The notes under the pieces are model-generated. The model worked only from the letters and a program-made list of their open reading frames with translations. It ran no database searches and had not been told where the DNA came from. A DNA stretch of 62,675 nt, filler included, from Theionarchaea archaeon (lineage in GTDB: Archaea; Methanobacteriota_B; Thermococci; Methanofastidiosales; SZ-28-30): NCBI GenBank assembly GCA_018992565.1. It is 7 parts of 7 records of this genome, joined end to end, with 100 filler letters (N's around TTAATTAATTAA, not from the genome) between each part and the next. Parts side by side here need not be neighbours in the genome. Positions count along the whole stretch, not along the records: positions 36,318 to 51,705 come from JACVGW010000066.1; positions 51,806 to 55,449 come from JACVGW010000142.1; 5 more parts are not named here. The stretch is one strand, 5' to 3'. The translations under genes and the position numbers were made by a program. Positions 41,459 through 52,404 of the stretch are shown here, one piece after another (positions within the stretch are counted from its first letter, which is position 1; every line of letters starts with the position of its first letter).

Positions 41459-41679
41459 GTTGTTGACCTCCTCTTTCTTTTTCTCAAGTTTCTCATCCTT
41501 TTTAAATGTTTCTATAACAGTATGAAAGGCAGAAACGCTGATTTCTCAGAGGGCATGACACCCTCTCACCTGCTTTTGTTCCTTTACAGAACGCAGAACA
41601 CAGCATTACTTCTGCAGGTCTATTTAAACCTTTCCCTCACCTATGCCTATTCGAAAGGTGCAACCAGTAAAGGAACGAG

Positions 41680-41753
41680 TGGGCCCGTTGAGATTCGAAC
41701 TCAAGACCTCCGCCTTGTAAGGGCGACGTCATAACCAACTAGACTACGGGCCC
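41680..41753 (-). tRNA. tRNA-Val(TAC)
   Basis: GGGCCCGTAGTCTAGTTGGTTATGACGTCGCCCTTACAAGGCGGAGGTCTTGAGTTCGAATCTCAACGGGCCCA folds as a cloverleaf with anticodon TAC. CCA is not encoded. Confidence 0.96.
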
Positions 41754-41808
41754 TTCTCCTTTTTTTTCTTCCTGCTCTATTTAAACCTTTTGCAAGAATC
41801 CCATTCTG

Positions 41809-42639
41809 CTATTCTGGTTCATCTCTCACCACAAGGGTGGGGGCTTTGGAGGACTCCACGATGTCGATGGAGGGACTCTTGAGAAGGAGTGTCTCCAGGA
41901 TGCCCGGCTTGTGAGATCCCACCAGGACCAGATCATACTTGATGGACTCATTGTGGATTTCTTCGGTGGGATTTCCCACCCGTATCGTGGTCTCCACAGA
42001 GACCCCAGCTTCCTTGAGAATGGATTCTGCATACTGGACAATTCTCTGAGCCTTCTCCATGTCTTTCTTCTGCCCCGCCACTGTCATTACAGTGACATGG
42101 GCATCTATAGCCTTGGCAAAATCCCTCGCGTACTCTATGGTAATGCGGGATTGTTCCGTCCCCTCCACGCACAGCAATATGGATGACAGTGTGCTGACAT
42201 GACTGGCCACCAGTACGGGAATACTGGCATGTTCAATGAGTCTCTCAGAGAAGCTCTCGAACCTGGCCTTGATCCCATGGAGTGCTCTGGAACCCACGAT
42301 TATCAGGTCGTACTTCCCTTCTACACTTTCCAAAATAGTCTCCTTCACGGGGTCACCCTGTCTCAATTTCACCTGTGCTTTGACACGCAATCCAGTGAGA
42401 AAGTCCTTTGCCTCCTTCAATAGGCGCTGGTCGACTATGCGGGACTGTTCCACTCTTTCTCCCAGAGAACGCCCTTTCAAATCCACATCTGCCTCAAAAT
42501 ACTCTTCAAATCGTTCTGGAGGCTTGGGTGACACGAAAAGGACAGTAGCCTCAGAATTGGTGGCTCGAACCAGTTTTCCTCCTACCTCAAGAGCATTATG
42601 TCGACATTCACTCTTCCGAATACAGATGAGAATTTTCAT
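41809..42639 (-). CDS. Tandem-domain universal stress protein
   Basis: Two USP repeats (GDP...DLIIVGS and GNP...DLVLVGS). Confidence 0.9.
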   Translation of the reverse strand: MKILICIRKSECRHNALEVGGKLVRATNSEATVLFVSPKPPERFEEYFEADVDLKGRSLGERVEQSRIVDQRLLKEAKDFLTGLRVKAQVKLRQGDPVKETILESVEGKYDLIIVGSRALHGIKARFESFSERLIEHASIPVLVASHVSTLSSILLCVEGTEQSRITIEYARDFAKAIDAHVTVMTVAGQKKDMEKAQRIVQYAESILKEAGVSVETTIRVGNPTEEIHNESIKYDLVLVGSHKPGILETLLLKSPSIDIVESSKAPTLVVRDEPE

Positions 42640-42726
42640 TTACCACTTCGTTAGATTATTCGTTATATAAAGGTTTTCGCCAGGATTCTACATCAGGAAA
42701 TTGAAGGTCGAACTCCTCATAGAAAG

Positions 42727-44190
42727 TCATATTCCAAGAATTCTCCATACTACCATAATAAAGAACAGCAAAATCAAATAAGAAGCCATAAACTGAATTA
42801 CTCCAGCTTTCAGGAAATCACGCGGTAGGACATATCCACTGGAGGAGACAATGGCATTGGGGGGTGTTCCAATTACCAAAAGATACGCAAATGCTGCAGA
42901 ACAGGCAGTTGCAAGCCCTACCTGCACAACACTAACCCCGGACAACGCTGCAAGGTTCAGGTTAATTGGTCCCAGGACTGCCACTGCTGCCCCATCACTC
43001 ATGGACTGAGTCATCAGCATGGTGAGGAACGCCACACTGGCTGCAAAAGACTGCCCTGAATGAAGGCCCAGGGAACTGAGCACTGAAAGGAATTCCTCGG
43101 CCAGAAACCTGGCAGCACCTGTCTCCATCATTGCAATACCCAGAGAAATGGCACCTGAATAGAGAAGAACCACCCCCCAGGCAACTCCTCTCTGATACTC
43201 TGCCCACTCCACCACTCCGCACAAGAGGTAGAGGACAGCTCCGAACAGAGCTATCATGCCCAGTCCAAACCGAGTACCCACCAGAATCCACAGGACCACA
43301 ACAACAGCAAACACTGCGATGGAGATTTTCTCTTCTCTTTTCATGGAATGGATCTGAGACCCTTTTCTCTGGAATCCCTGTAATACTTTCCCCAAATCTT
43401 TCACTTCTGGCTTGAATATTCGAGTCAGAATCACGGCAGTGACCGGGATATTCACCAGTACGATGGGGAATGCTGCCACTGCCCACTGACCATAACTCAC
43501 CTGCACGCCGAATAGCTGGTGAAGATATGCAAGCATAATAGCATTCCGGGCTCCGCCACTGGGGGTACCCATTCCACCTATGGCACATCCATACGCGATA
43601 CAGAACATGATCAACTTTCCCAGAGATGGAGAACTCTCTTCCCTGGCAGATTCTACAATAGCAATTCCCACAGGGAGCATCACGGCAGCCACCATGTGGT
43701 CTGACATGAACGATGAAAGAAGTGCACAGGCAGCTATGATTCCAAAGGATACTCTGAAGGTGCTGGTACCTGTTCGAGCCAGAATCAGTGAAGCAATTCT
43801 CTTATCGACACCGTGCTTGATCAACACCGTGGCGATCATCAATGATCCCAGAATAAATAGAACAGAATCACTCATCATGGAGCTCGCCACACCATCAGGC
43901 GTGTCTATCTGAAAGACAACCAGAAGAAGAGGAATCAGGAGCGCTACACCTGGAACAGGGAGGGCATCCGTGACAAATGCTCCAGCAGCTATGATTAGAA
44001 CTACCAGTGTCCGTTTCCCCAGCACGGACAATCCTTCCGGCGCAGGCAGGAAGAAAACCACAGCACCGGCTGCAGCAATGCCGATCAGCCATTTCCAGCG
44101 AATTACATGGGACACACTGTGCAATTCTGCCTCAAGCATAAATGGTTTTCCTTTACATATGTAAATAAAATGGAGGGGAGCACCAATCAT
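42727..44190 (-). CDS. DASS/SLC13 sodium-coupled anion transporter
   Basis: LSSFMSD, GGMGTPSGGARN and GTPPNAIV. The true start may lie downstream of 44190. Confidence 0.88.
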   Translation of the reverse strand: MIGAPLHFIYICKGKPFMLEAELHSVSHVIRWKWLIGIAAAGAVVFFLPAPEGLSVLGKRTLVVLIIAAGAFVTDALPVPGVALLIPLLLVVFQIDTPDGVASSMMSDSVLFILGSLMIATVLIKHGVDKRIASLILARTGTSTFRVSFGIIAACALLSSFMSDHMVAAVMLPVGIAIVESAREESSPSLGKLIMFCIAYGCAIGGMGTPSGGARNAIMLAYLHQLFGVQVSYGQWAVAAFPIVLVNIPVTAVILTRIFKPEVKDLGKVLQGFQRKGSQIHSMKREEKISIAVFAVVVVLWILVGTRFGLGMIALFGAVLYLLCGVVEWAEYQRGVAWGVVLLYSGAISLGIAMMETGAARFLAEEFLSVLSSLGLHSGQSFAASVAFLTMLMTQSMSDGAAVAVLGPINLNLAALSGVSVVQVGLATACSAAFAYLLVIGTPPNAIVSSSGYVLPRDFLKAGVIQFMASYLILLFFIMVVWRILGI

Positions 44191-44302
44191 TTGTTCCCAT
44201 TTATGGCTATTTACGTTTGTAAAAGGCTTTCTGCAGCGCGTAGAGTTAAAACGATACCTTTATTAGGCACCTTTTCCATGTACAAGGAGAGGAGGCGCTC
44301 CC

Positions 44303-44965
44303 ATGACCTGCGAAACAGAAGAAGAACCAATTACCGCTGTTGAAACTTCCCGAGGAACTGTCTACATACGGAGGAGATGCAGGTGCGATCTTATCAAAAG
44401 TCTTGCATTAGATCCAGGGATTGGTGCTTTTTTCAGGTATAATGAAGGAAGCGCAGAGCGCCAGAGAGAGCTTTTTATGGGCATTGCTGTCAATGAAGAT
44501 GAAGAAGTCTTGCTTGTCTACACAGACAAAGGAGTCATCGTAGGAGGGATCACAGTGCTCCATCCAGGGCCTCACGAGCACTGGGGGAAGCTGGGGGACC
44601 CCCGTATCTATGAAATGGGCTCTATTGAAGTCAGTGTGAATTGGAGAGGACTTGGAATTGCCAGAAAGATGCTGGATTTCCTGTTTGCCAATGGGTTCTA
44701 CGATGACAAAATTGTATACTCCATGGAACTGGCCTGGCACTGGGACTTCAGGCACATTGAACTCACGAAATTCGAGTATCGGGATATGCTCCTGGCTTTG
44801 TTTGAATCAGCAGGGTTTGTCCTGCTTGATACAGATGATCCTGATATTCGCATGGATTCAGCGAATATGCTCACAGTGAGAATTGGAGAGAATGTTGACC
44901 AGGAACTGAGAGACAAGTTCTGGTATTCCCTTTTTGAGACAGGAGATTATCGGTGGGGGTTCTAG
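44303..44965 (+). CDS. AcuA-like GNAT protein acetyltransferase
   Basis: EMGSIEVSVNWRGLGIA, WHWD, YRDML, TDDPDI and ANMLTVRIG. Confidence 0.8.
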   Translation: MTCETEEEPITAVETSRGTVYIRRRCRCDLIKSLALDPGIGAFFRYNEGSAERQRELFMGIAVNEDEEVLLVYTDKGVIVGGITVLHPGPHEHWGKLGDPRIYEMGSIEVSVNWRGLGIARKMLDFLFANGFYDDKIVYSMELAWHWDFRHIELTKFEYRDMLLALFESAGFVLLDTDDPDIRMDSANMLTVRIGENVDQELRDKFWYSLFETGDYRWGF

Positions 44966-44990
44966 GGGCTGCCATGATGTGGTACGTCAG

Positions 44991-46364
44991 TTATCCTGAT
45001 TGTGGCTGCAGGTGCTTTCTAGATAAATAGAAGTAACCTGCAATGAAAGGAAGTCCAATAGCACTGTAAACAGCCATGGTGAAGAACCTTCCTCCTGGTA
45101 TGCCTGCAAGATATTCGATAAGGAATATGGGCACAAAGACCACCACATACTGTATACGGGGTATGACTGCAATTCTCACTGCTACGAGGGCCAGCACCAT
45201 TGCCAATCCGCAGGAGAGAGTTGTGGAAAGCGCAGCACCTGCCAGTCCGAACCGGGGAATAAGCATGAAACAGACACCACCATTCACGAGAGCAGAGCCT
45301 ATCCCAATGAGCATTGAACGTTCGGGGTGGCCCATTCCCTGGAGGGCAGAATATCCCACAAAGAATATAGAATAGAACAACATACCACAGGACAATATCT
45401 GAAGTCCGAGATACCCATCATAGTTGCCAAAGAGAACGTACAGGATCTCCTTGGAGAACGCACTCATCACAACTGCAATGGGAACTGTCACCACAGTGCA
45501 TATCTCCAGAGACCTCCTCACAGATTTTCTGGGATCCATGCCTTTGAACTTCATTTCTGAAACTCGAGGAATCAGTAACGCAGACAGGGCAGTACTGAAC
45601 CCAAAAATCAGTCGCGCAGTAGGAGATGCCATCCCGTATAGCCCCACCTGCTCAGAAGTAGCAAATCTGGCCAATATCAGAATGTCTATATTCAACAGCG
45701 CCCACAGCCCCGTCACGCCCAGCAACACAGGGAGTGAGAATCTGATGATCCGAACCACTTCCTGAGCCAGAACTTTGCCAATGGAGCTGAATTTTAAAGC
45801 TATGACAAAGGCTATCCCTCCACTGATAACATACCCCACCAGGATACCCTGAGCCGCTCCCTGGAGTCCAGTGTGCTGAACCAGGATATAAGAGGAGCCT
45901 ACCATGACACATTGATATACCATGAGAACTCCTGCCACCAGTCCTGCTCTCTGGTAGCCCAGAAAGATTCCTGTACATATGCAGAGTAGTACGGCAAATG
46001 GCACAGCTAGTGCCAGAATCCGGAGCAGAGACTGAGCCTCGGCAAATTCTGGTCCAAAGAACCCTGAAAAGAGTCCGGTCATACCGTACAAGACACCAGC
46101 AACCACAAGTCCCACCACCAGAAGTGAGAAGACGTTAACCATCTTTTCCTTTTGAGAGACTTTGTACTCAGAGGCAAACCGGGATACCGTCGGAGTAATG
46201 CTCATGGAGGTGAATAGCAAGACAAAACTCTGATAAGGTAGGCTGGCAGAAAGAATGCCAAAATCTTTCAAACTCAAAAAATAGCCCATAATAACTCGAT
46301 ACAAATATTGAAAAACCCTCCCTGCCACATTCACTGAGAATAATACGACGCTTTTTCTAATCAT
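44991..46364 (-). CDS. Oligosaccharide flippase (MOP/Wzx family)
   Basis: Polytopic membrane protein with DILIL...VGLYG and LIPRFGLAGAA. Confidence 0.85.
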   Translation of the reverse strand: MIRKSVVLFSVNVAGRVFQYLYRVIMGYFLSLKDFGILSASLPYQSFVLLFTSMSITPTVSRFASEYKVSQKEKMVNVFSLLVVGLVVAGVLYGMTGLFSGFFGPEFAEAQSLLRILALAVPFAVLLCICTGIFLGYQRAGLVAGVLMVYQCVMVGSSYILVQHTGLQGAAQGILVGYVISGGIAFVIALKFSSIGKVLAQEVVRIIRFSLPVLLGVTGLWALLNIDILILARFATSEQVGLYGMASPTARLIFGFSTALSALLIPRVSEMKFKGMDPRKSVRRSLEICTVVTVPIAVVMSAFSKEILYVLFGNYDGYLGLQILSCGMLFYSIFFVGYSALQGMGHPERSMLIGIGSALVNGGVCFMLIPRFGLAGAALSTTLSCGLAMVLALVAVRIAVIPRIQYVVVFVPIFLIEYLAGIPGGRFFTMAVYSAIGLPFIAGYFYLSRKHLQPQSG

Positions 46365-47590
46365 GTGCCATACTTCCATGAGGTCAGATATGCTCTTTGA
46401 GACTCAGTGAGTGTATCTATGGAAATATCCAGGGCCTGCAAAGCCAGATTTGCCACCGTGGTATCGATTTCTTCAGGAACAGAAAGGACTGCAGGTTCGA
46501 GTGAATGTGTTGCTACATACTGGGCTGATAAGATCTGGAGAGTAAAGGATAAGTCCATGATTTCAGCAGGGTGTCCATCCGCGCAGGCCAGATTGACCAG
46601 CCTTCCTTCACCCAGGAGATAGACAGTCTTTCCATTGAAAGTATATGCTTCCACGTTCTTGCGGATCTTCCTACCTTCAGCCAGGGTCCTCAGTGTTTTA
46701 ACATTTATCTCTACATCAAAATGCCCCGCATTGCAGAGAATGGCCCCATGTTTCATGGCTTCAAAGTGTTCTTCACGAATAACATCAATGTTACCGGTGG
46801 CTGTAATAAAGATATCGCCCCTGCTGCTGGCTTCATCCATAGACATAACCCGATACCCTTCCATGTGGGCCTCCAGGGCTTTAATGGGATCCACCTCGGT
46901 AACAACGACATGGGCTCCCAATCCACGTGCTCTCATGGCCAGACCTTTGCCTACCCATCCGTAGCCGGAGATGACCACTGTCTTCCCCGCAACAACCAAG
47001 TTGGTAGTCCTCATGATGCCATCAAAAGCAGATTGACCTGTTCCATATCGATTGTCAAACAGTGATTTACAATATGCATCATTGACTGCAATGACAGGGA
47101 ATTGCAGCAGCCCCTGGTTCTGAAGGGCTCTGGCCCTGATAATTCCGGTTGTGGTCTCCTCGCACGCTCCTTTTACGGGAGGTCTCTTCTGGGAGTGGAG
47201 CAGCGATGTAAGGTCCAGTCCGTCATCTATAATGATTGTGGGGTTGGCATCGAGAATTGTAGTGAGATTCTTGTAATAGGATTGTGGATCAATTCCATGC
47301 CAGGAGTAAACATGAACACCTTCCTCAGCCAGTGCAGCACACACAGTATCATCAGTGGAGAGAGGGTTGGACCCAGAGATGTATACATCTGCTCCCAACT
47401 CCTGGAACAGCAGCGCCATGTATGCTGTCTTGGCCTCAAGGTGCAGGCAGACAGCCACTCTCTCATTATCAAAGGGTTCTTTTTTCAGGAAGGTCCTTTT
47501 TATATGGCTCAGGACTGGCATATGTTCTTTGACCCACTCAATTTTCTCATGCCCTTGGGGAGCCAGGGCGATATCTCTTACATTGTACAT
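46361..47590 (-). CDS. ahcY: Adenosylhomocysteinase
   Basis: HMPVL, EETTTG, FDNRYGTGQS, NAGHFDVEI and GRLVNL. Confidence 0.96.
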   Translation of the reverse strand: MYNVRDIALAPQGHEKIEWVKEHMPVLSHIKRTFLKKEPFDNERVAVCLHLEAKTAYMALLFQELGADVYISGSNPLSTDDTVCAALAEEGVHVYSWHGIDPQSYYKNLTTILDANPTIIIDDGLDLTSLLHSQKRPPVKGACEETTTGIIRARALQNQGLLQFPVIAVNDAYCKSLFDNRYGTGQSAFDGIMRTTNLVVAGKTVVISGYGWVGKGLAMRARGLGAHVVVTEVDPIKALEAHMEGYRVMSMDEASSRGDIFITATGNIDVIREEHFEAMKHGAILCNAGHFDVEINVKTLRTLAEGRKIRKNVEAYTFNGKTVYLLGEGRLVNLACADGHPAEIMDLSFTLQILSAQYVATHSLEPAVLSVPEEIDTTVANLALQALDISIDTLTESQRAYLTSWKYGT

Positions 47591-47640
47591 GACTTTGAGT
47601 AGAACAAAGCATTTATATATCTGGTTCCCAAACGGCATCA

Positions 47641-48180
47641 ATGTATACAGAGAAACTGAAAGAGACTGCAGGGGGGGTTATCGGCTCTTTCATAATGGAA
47701 AACGGAGAGATGAAAGAAACAGACCTTGAAGGTAATCTTCAATTCGAAATCCAGAACATATATTACTTGATAGAAACTGTCACTGAGAAGAAAGATTTCA
47801 AGATCCTGCTGATTTGTGGGGAAAGTAAGATGTTCTTTGTATACGTTCACCCGAGGTATATTGTGGGAGCACTGCTGACCCATACTGCAAATGTACCGTT
47901 ACTGACTCTCATTACCAGGAAGATGCTGGAAGCTCCTCCTGAAGAAGAACCCGAAACCAGGTACCTCTCTGCCTTTGAAGATAATGTTCCCTTTTTTGAT
48001 GAGCATGAGAAAGAAATTCTTCCCAATGTCCCGGAATATGCCCGGCAAGTATTAAAATTTGTGGATGGAAACCGGACGATACGGGAAATAATTGATGAAT
48101 CCAGACTGCAACCCCAAGTAGTCCTGGACGTTATCATGGCTTACAGAAGAAGTTCTGTTCTTCATTACAAGAGAGAATGA
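47641..48180 (+). CDS. Hypothetical protein: Roadblock-like N-terminus plus C-terminal winged helix
   Basis: GVIGSFIMENGE...ANVPLL pattern and VLKFVDGNRTIREII. Confidence 0.5.
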   Translation: MYTEKLKETAGGVIGSFIMENGEMKETDLEGNLQFEIQNIYYLIETVTEKKDFKILLICGESKMFFVYVHPRYIVGALLTHTANVPLLTLITRKMLEAPPEEEPETRYLSAFEDNVPFFDEHEKEILPNVPEYARQVLKFVDGNRTIREIIDESRLQPQVVLDVIMAYRRSSVLHYKRE

Positions 48181-48210
48181 GCAGTGATGTTGTTCTGGCA
48201 TATGCAATGC

Positions 48211-48459
48211 CTATAATACTACTCCATCTTGGATCAGATGGGTTCGAGTCTCTTCAATCCCTGGTATCGTCCTGATTGACGTCACAATATTGAACAGGTC
48301 TTCTTTGGTACTCACATTAATGATGATTCCTATGTTGTACCTGCCTATCAACTCATAGAAGGCCTCAACAAACTCCGCATTCGCTAGCTGCTCTCGTACA
48401 GGAGATGTATGTTCAGCCCGAATTTCTATCAATGCTACTATCGACACACTATCCCTCAT
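48211..48459 (-). CDS. Stand-alone Lrp/AsnC ligand-binding domain protein
   Basis: YELIGRYNI and IRTIPGIEETRT. Confidence 0.8.
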   Translation of the reverse strand: MRDSVSIVALIEIRAEHTSPVREQLANAEFVEAFYELIGRYNIGIIINVSTKEDLFNIVTSIRTIPGIEETRTHLIQDGVVL

Positions 48460-48719
48460 TTCTTGATGAAGGTGGTCCTGGTGTCTAAGACGCCCTCCAT
48501 TTTTCTCACTTTGTCAATTACAAATTCAGTAACTTCACGTGAATCTTCGATTTTGAGCAGTGCAATAATGTCAAAATCTCCCAAGGAAGTAAAGACTGCT
48601 GCAACTTCTTTTGATTTCCGCAGTTCTTTGAGAACAGGATCTTCTACTCCGGGTTCGACTTTTATCCCCAGGATTACATGAACGTCATCAAAACATTTAG
48701 AGACGAAAGTCACACTCAT
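48456..48719 (-). CDS. Stand-alone Lrp/AsnC ligand-binding domain protein
   Basis: SLGDFDIIA and VRKMEGVLDTRT. Confidence 0.85.
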   Translation of the reverse strand: MSVTFVSKCFDDVHVILGIKVEPGVEDPVLKELRKSKEVAAVFTSLGDFDIIALLKIEDSREVTEFVIDKVRKMEGVLDTRTTFIKK

Positions 48720-49730
48720 TCACCTCGCTGCTGAGAGAATCTATAGTTTATAAGGCTTTCTGTTAATGGGAGTAGATAAATCTGGGAATGCATGCACTGA
48801 ATTTTGGTATTTAGTAGCGACGACGAGCATTACTATTCCCCACATTGGAAATAGTTATTCATTCAGGAGCCATTCATATTTCCAGTCACAGTCGTGCTGA
48901 TTTTGGGCACATATATGAGAAACGACACTCAAAGGGGAATCATCTCTGTGTATGCGGATATTTTCTTATTTCTTTTTATATAGCATGGATTCAATGTTCA
49001 ATTATTATAGACACTTATTAATAAGTTTTTTTCTGAAAACAAGTTGCCTCTGAATACCCACCATTTGTTATTGAAATCCTGTTTTATCTAACTTCGAAAG
49101 CTCACATCATTTTTGGCTACCTCTTATATCTCTTAGTTGGTCTTAATCTAATTTTTTTTTCTAAATATTGAGAAAAATAGTTTTAAAATACTTATAATTT
49201 AAACAATAGTAATGAAAATAATTTGATCTGATTTCAAACGCATTCATTCTTAATAATTTTCTTTTCATAAGAATTATATATTTTAGTCACGTTCTATACT
49301 ATTCAGAAGATCTAAGAATAATTTTAGAAATTTAAAGAAATATTTCTTTTCTTACATTACGAATGAGACTCTAGAAATGATTTTTCATAAGTGCTTGAGG
49401 TTTTTTGCTCATTCTATAATACTTCATTCACTATTTTTATATGACGATTTACTTGCCCAGTCTCACGTGGGCAGAAAATCTCAGCCATTTTTTCTCTCTA
49501 AAAATCCATGAAACACTTTCAGTGATAAATTACTTGCAGAAAGTAAAAAAATAGATGGAAGAAAGGATTTAACACCCTTTTCAACTAGCTACGCATTATC
49601 AATGGAGAAAGAGTAATACGCAGTTCCAATCTGACTGTCGAAATTCCATTTCAAGAAAAAAAGACAAAAAAAGTGAATGACAATCGAAAGATTTATAAGG
49701 AGGTCCGTACATACATCTCTACGTAAACTT
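48720..49730. other. About 1 kb AT-rich non-coding region
   Basis: No ORF of 60 aa or more. The core at about 48960-49450 is visibly AT-rich, and a BRE-TATA (CGAAAGATTTATAAG) lies near 49685. Confidence 0.8.
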
Positions 49731-49747
49731 TACAGGAGGTGAAACAT

Positions 49748-51705
49748 GTGAGAAAGGTAACAACATTTATATTAGCAGTGCTGTTGATTTTGAGCATCCC
49801 TGCAGCTCTTTCTGACAATGATACCCTATCTGTCGACTATACCTTCACTGCTGAATCTCTTGGCAGCTGCTGCGGTCAGTATACGATTGAAGGTACCATG
49901 CTTGAAGAAGTAACAGGTGCCCCTCTGATCCCGTATTATGCTGCCGCGATTTTGCTACCCCAGGAGAGTGAACTCAAAGACATCAAAGTGAAGACTGGAG
50001 CACCGATAATCCAGAAAGGGATTGAGATCCCGTGGGGTCAACCACCCTGCACATACAGCGATACTCCAGTACTGGTGGGAAAGGATGAATCTATCTACAA
50101 CTCAGACACAGATTACCCCAACAAGCTGTTTGAAATGGTTTCTGTGGATTCTCTGAGAGGATTCCAGATTTTGAACATCCACTTGTACCCCATACAGTAT
50201 CAGCCACAATCTGGAACAGTCAAATTCTACGAAACCATGACGGTGGAGATCAAGTTTGGCAAGGGTATGAAGAACAAGCTGTACAGAGGATTGTACGGTG
50301 ACAAGGCTGATGTCGCTGGTATGGTGGACAATCCAGATGTCCTCGCAACGTATGAAGACGGACCAGCACCTCTGGCAACAGAGGAGTACATCATCATCAC
50401 CGACGATACCATGCAGTCAACATTCCAGACACTGGCAACTCACAAAGCCGGATATGTCAACGGAGCCACTGTGTACACGGTAAGCTGGATCAGTTCCAAC
50501 TACACTGGTACTGACACTCAGATGAAGATGAGAAACTTCATCATTGACAAGTACACCAACAATGGGTGTAAGTATGTCCTTCTGGGTGGAGACACAGCAT
50601 CCGTCCCCTACAGAGGCTTCTATGTATCCACTGGTGGATACACTGATTCCGACATGCTGGCTGACATGTACTTTGGTCACCTGGATGGCAGTCACAACTC
50701 AGATGGTGACACACGCTATGGTGAAACCACTGATGGTGTCGACTTTGGTGCAGAAGTTGCTGTAGGAAGAGCTCCATGTCAGTCTGTAACTGAGGCTCAG
50801 AACTTCGTCAACAAGGTCATTGCCTATGAACTGGATGACAAACCCAAGAGAGTCTTGCTCCACCAGTCAAGAGTGCAGTCTGGTAACAGTCCTGACGCCA
50901 GATGCCTGGCTTACGGGTGTGACAACTACATACCCGGTGACTATTACATTGACTACCTCTTTGAGGAGAATGGTACTGTTTCCAAGTCAGCATGGATCTC
51001 TCACTGGGCTCAAGACGCAATAGCAGTAGCCCACATTGGACACGGAAACACCACTGTCTACTACATCAACTACGAAATCGGTGGTACAGTAAGCTGGTAC
51101 AATTCAGATGTTGCCAGCCTTACCAACACGTTCTGGCCCTGGACCACCAGTGTCGCTTGCATCACTGGACAGATCGAAGCTAACGACTGTCTGGCAGAAG
51201 CGTACGTCATGGATGCCAACAATGGTGCTATTGGAGCTATCTACAACGACAACTACGGCTGGTTCAGCACGAGCAACGCCTGCATGTACTCTGGTGAGTT
51301 CTGTATTAATGAATTCAGAGCCTGCTGGAGTGACGGAAAGGAGAAACTCGGTGACATGCTGAACAAGGCAAGAAGCTACCTGGCTTCTTCAGCACAGAGC
51401 AACACGTACTACAGATGGTGCTTCTACGAGAGAAACCTGGTGGGAGACCCCGAGTCACCCTGCCTTACCAAGAGGATACCAGGATCAAATGACACCGTAA
51501 CCATAACCTACCCAGCTGATGGGGCCACTGTCCTTGGAACAGTCGATATCACCACAGCTACCACAGGAGCAATCGATGAAGTCAAGTTCTACATTGATGG
51601 GACTCTGGTGAAGGATGATACATCATCACCCTTTAACTACACCTGGGACACTACCACCTACCCCGATGATACCTACACCATACTGGCTGAAGGATACGTG
51701 TCTGG
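49748..51705 (+). CDS. Peptidase C25 paralog 2 with C-terminal Ig-like domain, 3' truncated
   Basis: LLGGD, HIGHG, SVAC and NLVGDP, then VKFYIDG...YTWDTT. GTG start after GGAGGTGA. Confidence 0.9.
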
Positions 51706-51805
51706 NNNNNNNNNNNNNNNNNNNNNNNNNNNNNNNNNNNNNNNNNNNNTTAATTAATTAANNNNNNNNNNNNNNNNNNNNNNNNNNNNNNNNNNNNNNN
51801 NNNNN

Positions 51806-52359
51806 CCTGAAATATCATAGTTAAAGAGAATATCACACCAGAAGTTATCCATAATATCTTCCAAAGGAGTCAGCCTCCCCTCCATATGCAGTATCTTTGC
51901 AATAACATGCGGGTTCTGGCTTGCCATGATATAGTCCTCAATATAGATGGCAAGGCCTTCTGCAAGTAATCCATGCTGGAACCCAATCTTGTTGGCAAGT
52001 GCGTGGGTCAGTTCATGTGAATCGTTAAGTCCTTCCTTGCAGAAATCCACACAAAAAACACACAGATACGTGACAGTCGAACCACTGCAATACGCTCCAG
52101 GAATCCCCTGAAAATCTTCCCTGTTCCCGTACAGGTAGTACGTGACCTTCTCCTGGCAGTCCACTCCCAGCAACCCACTTAACATCACGAAGAGGGCTTC
52201 CTGGTTTTCGGCCACAGCTGCAATCTCATCTGCTGTCAAATGACCGCGAGTGTAGTAGAAAATGAAGTGATCAGACTCATACTCTTCCCAGTCTACCGCC
52301 TGGACCGGGAAGAGCACTGTCATAATGAGAAGAACCATCAACAAGGACCCTTTTCTCAT
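51806..52359 (-). CDS. Secreted zinc metallopeptidase-like protein, 3' truncated
   Basis: Signal peptide, SHELTH and a downstream EGLA. Confidence 0.7.
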
Positions 52360-52404
52360 GAGAGTACCTCGCAGTACATCTTAAAAGGGTTTGCACATGT
52401 GGGC

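Noticed and set aside
48720..49730. Replication origin
   Set aside because: I found no convincing repeated ORB boxes and no adjacent cdc6/orc1.
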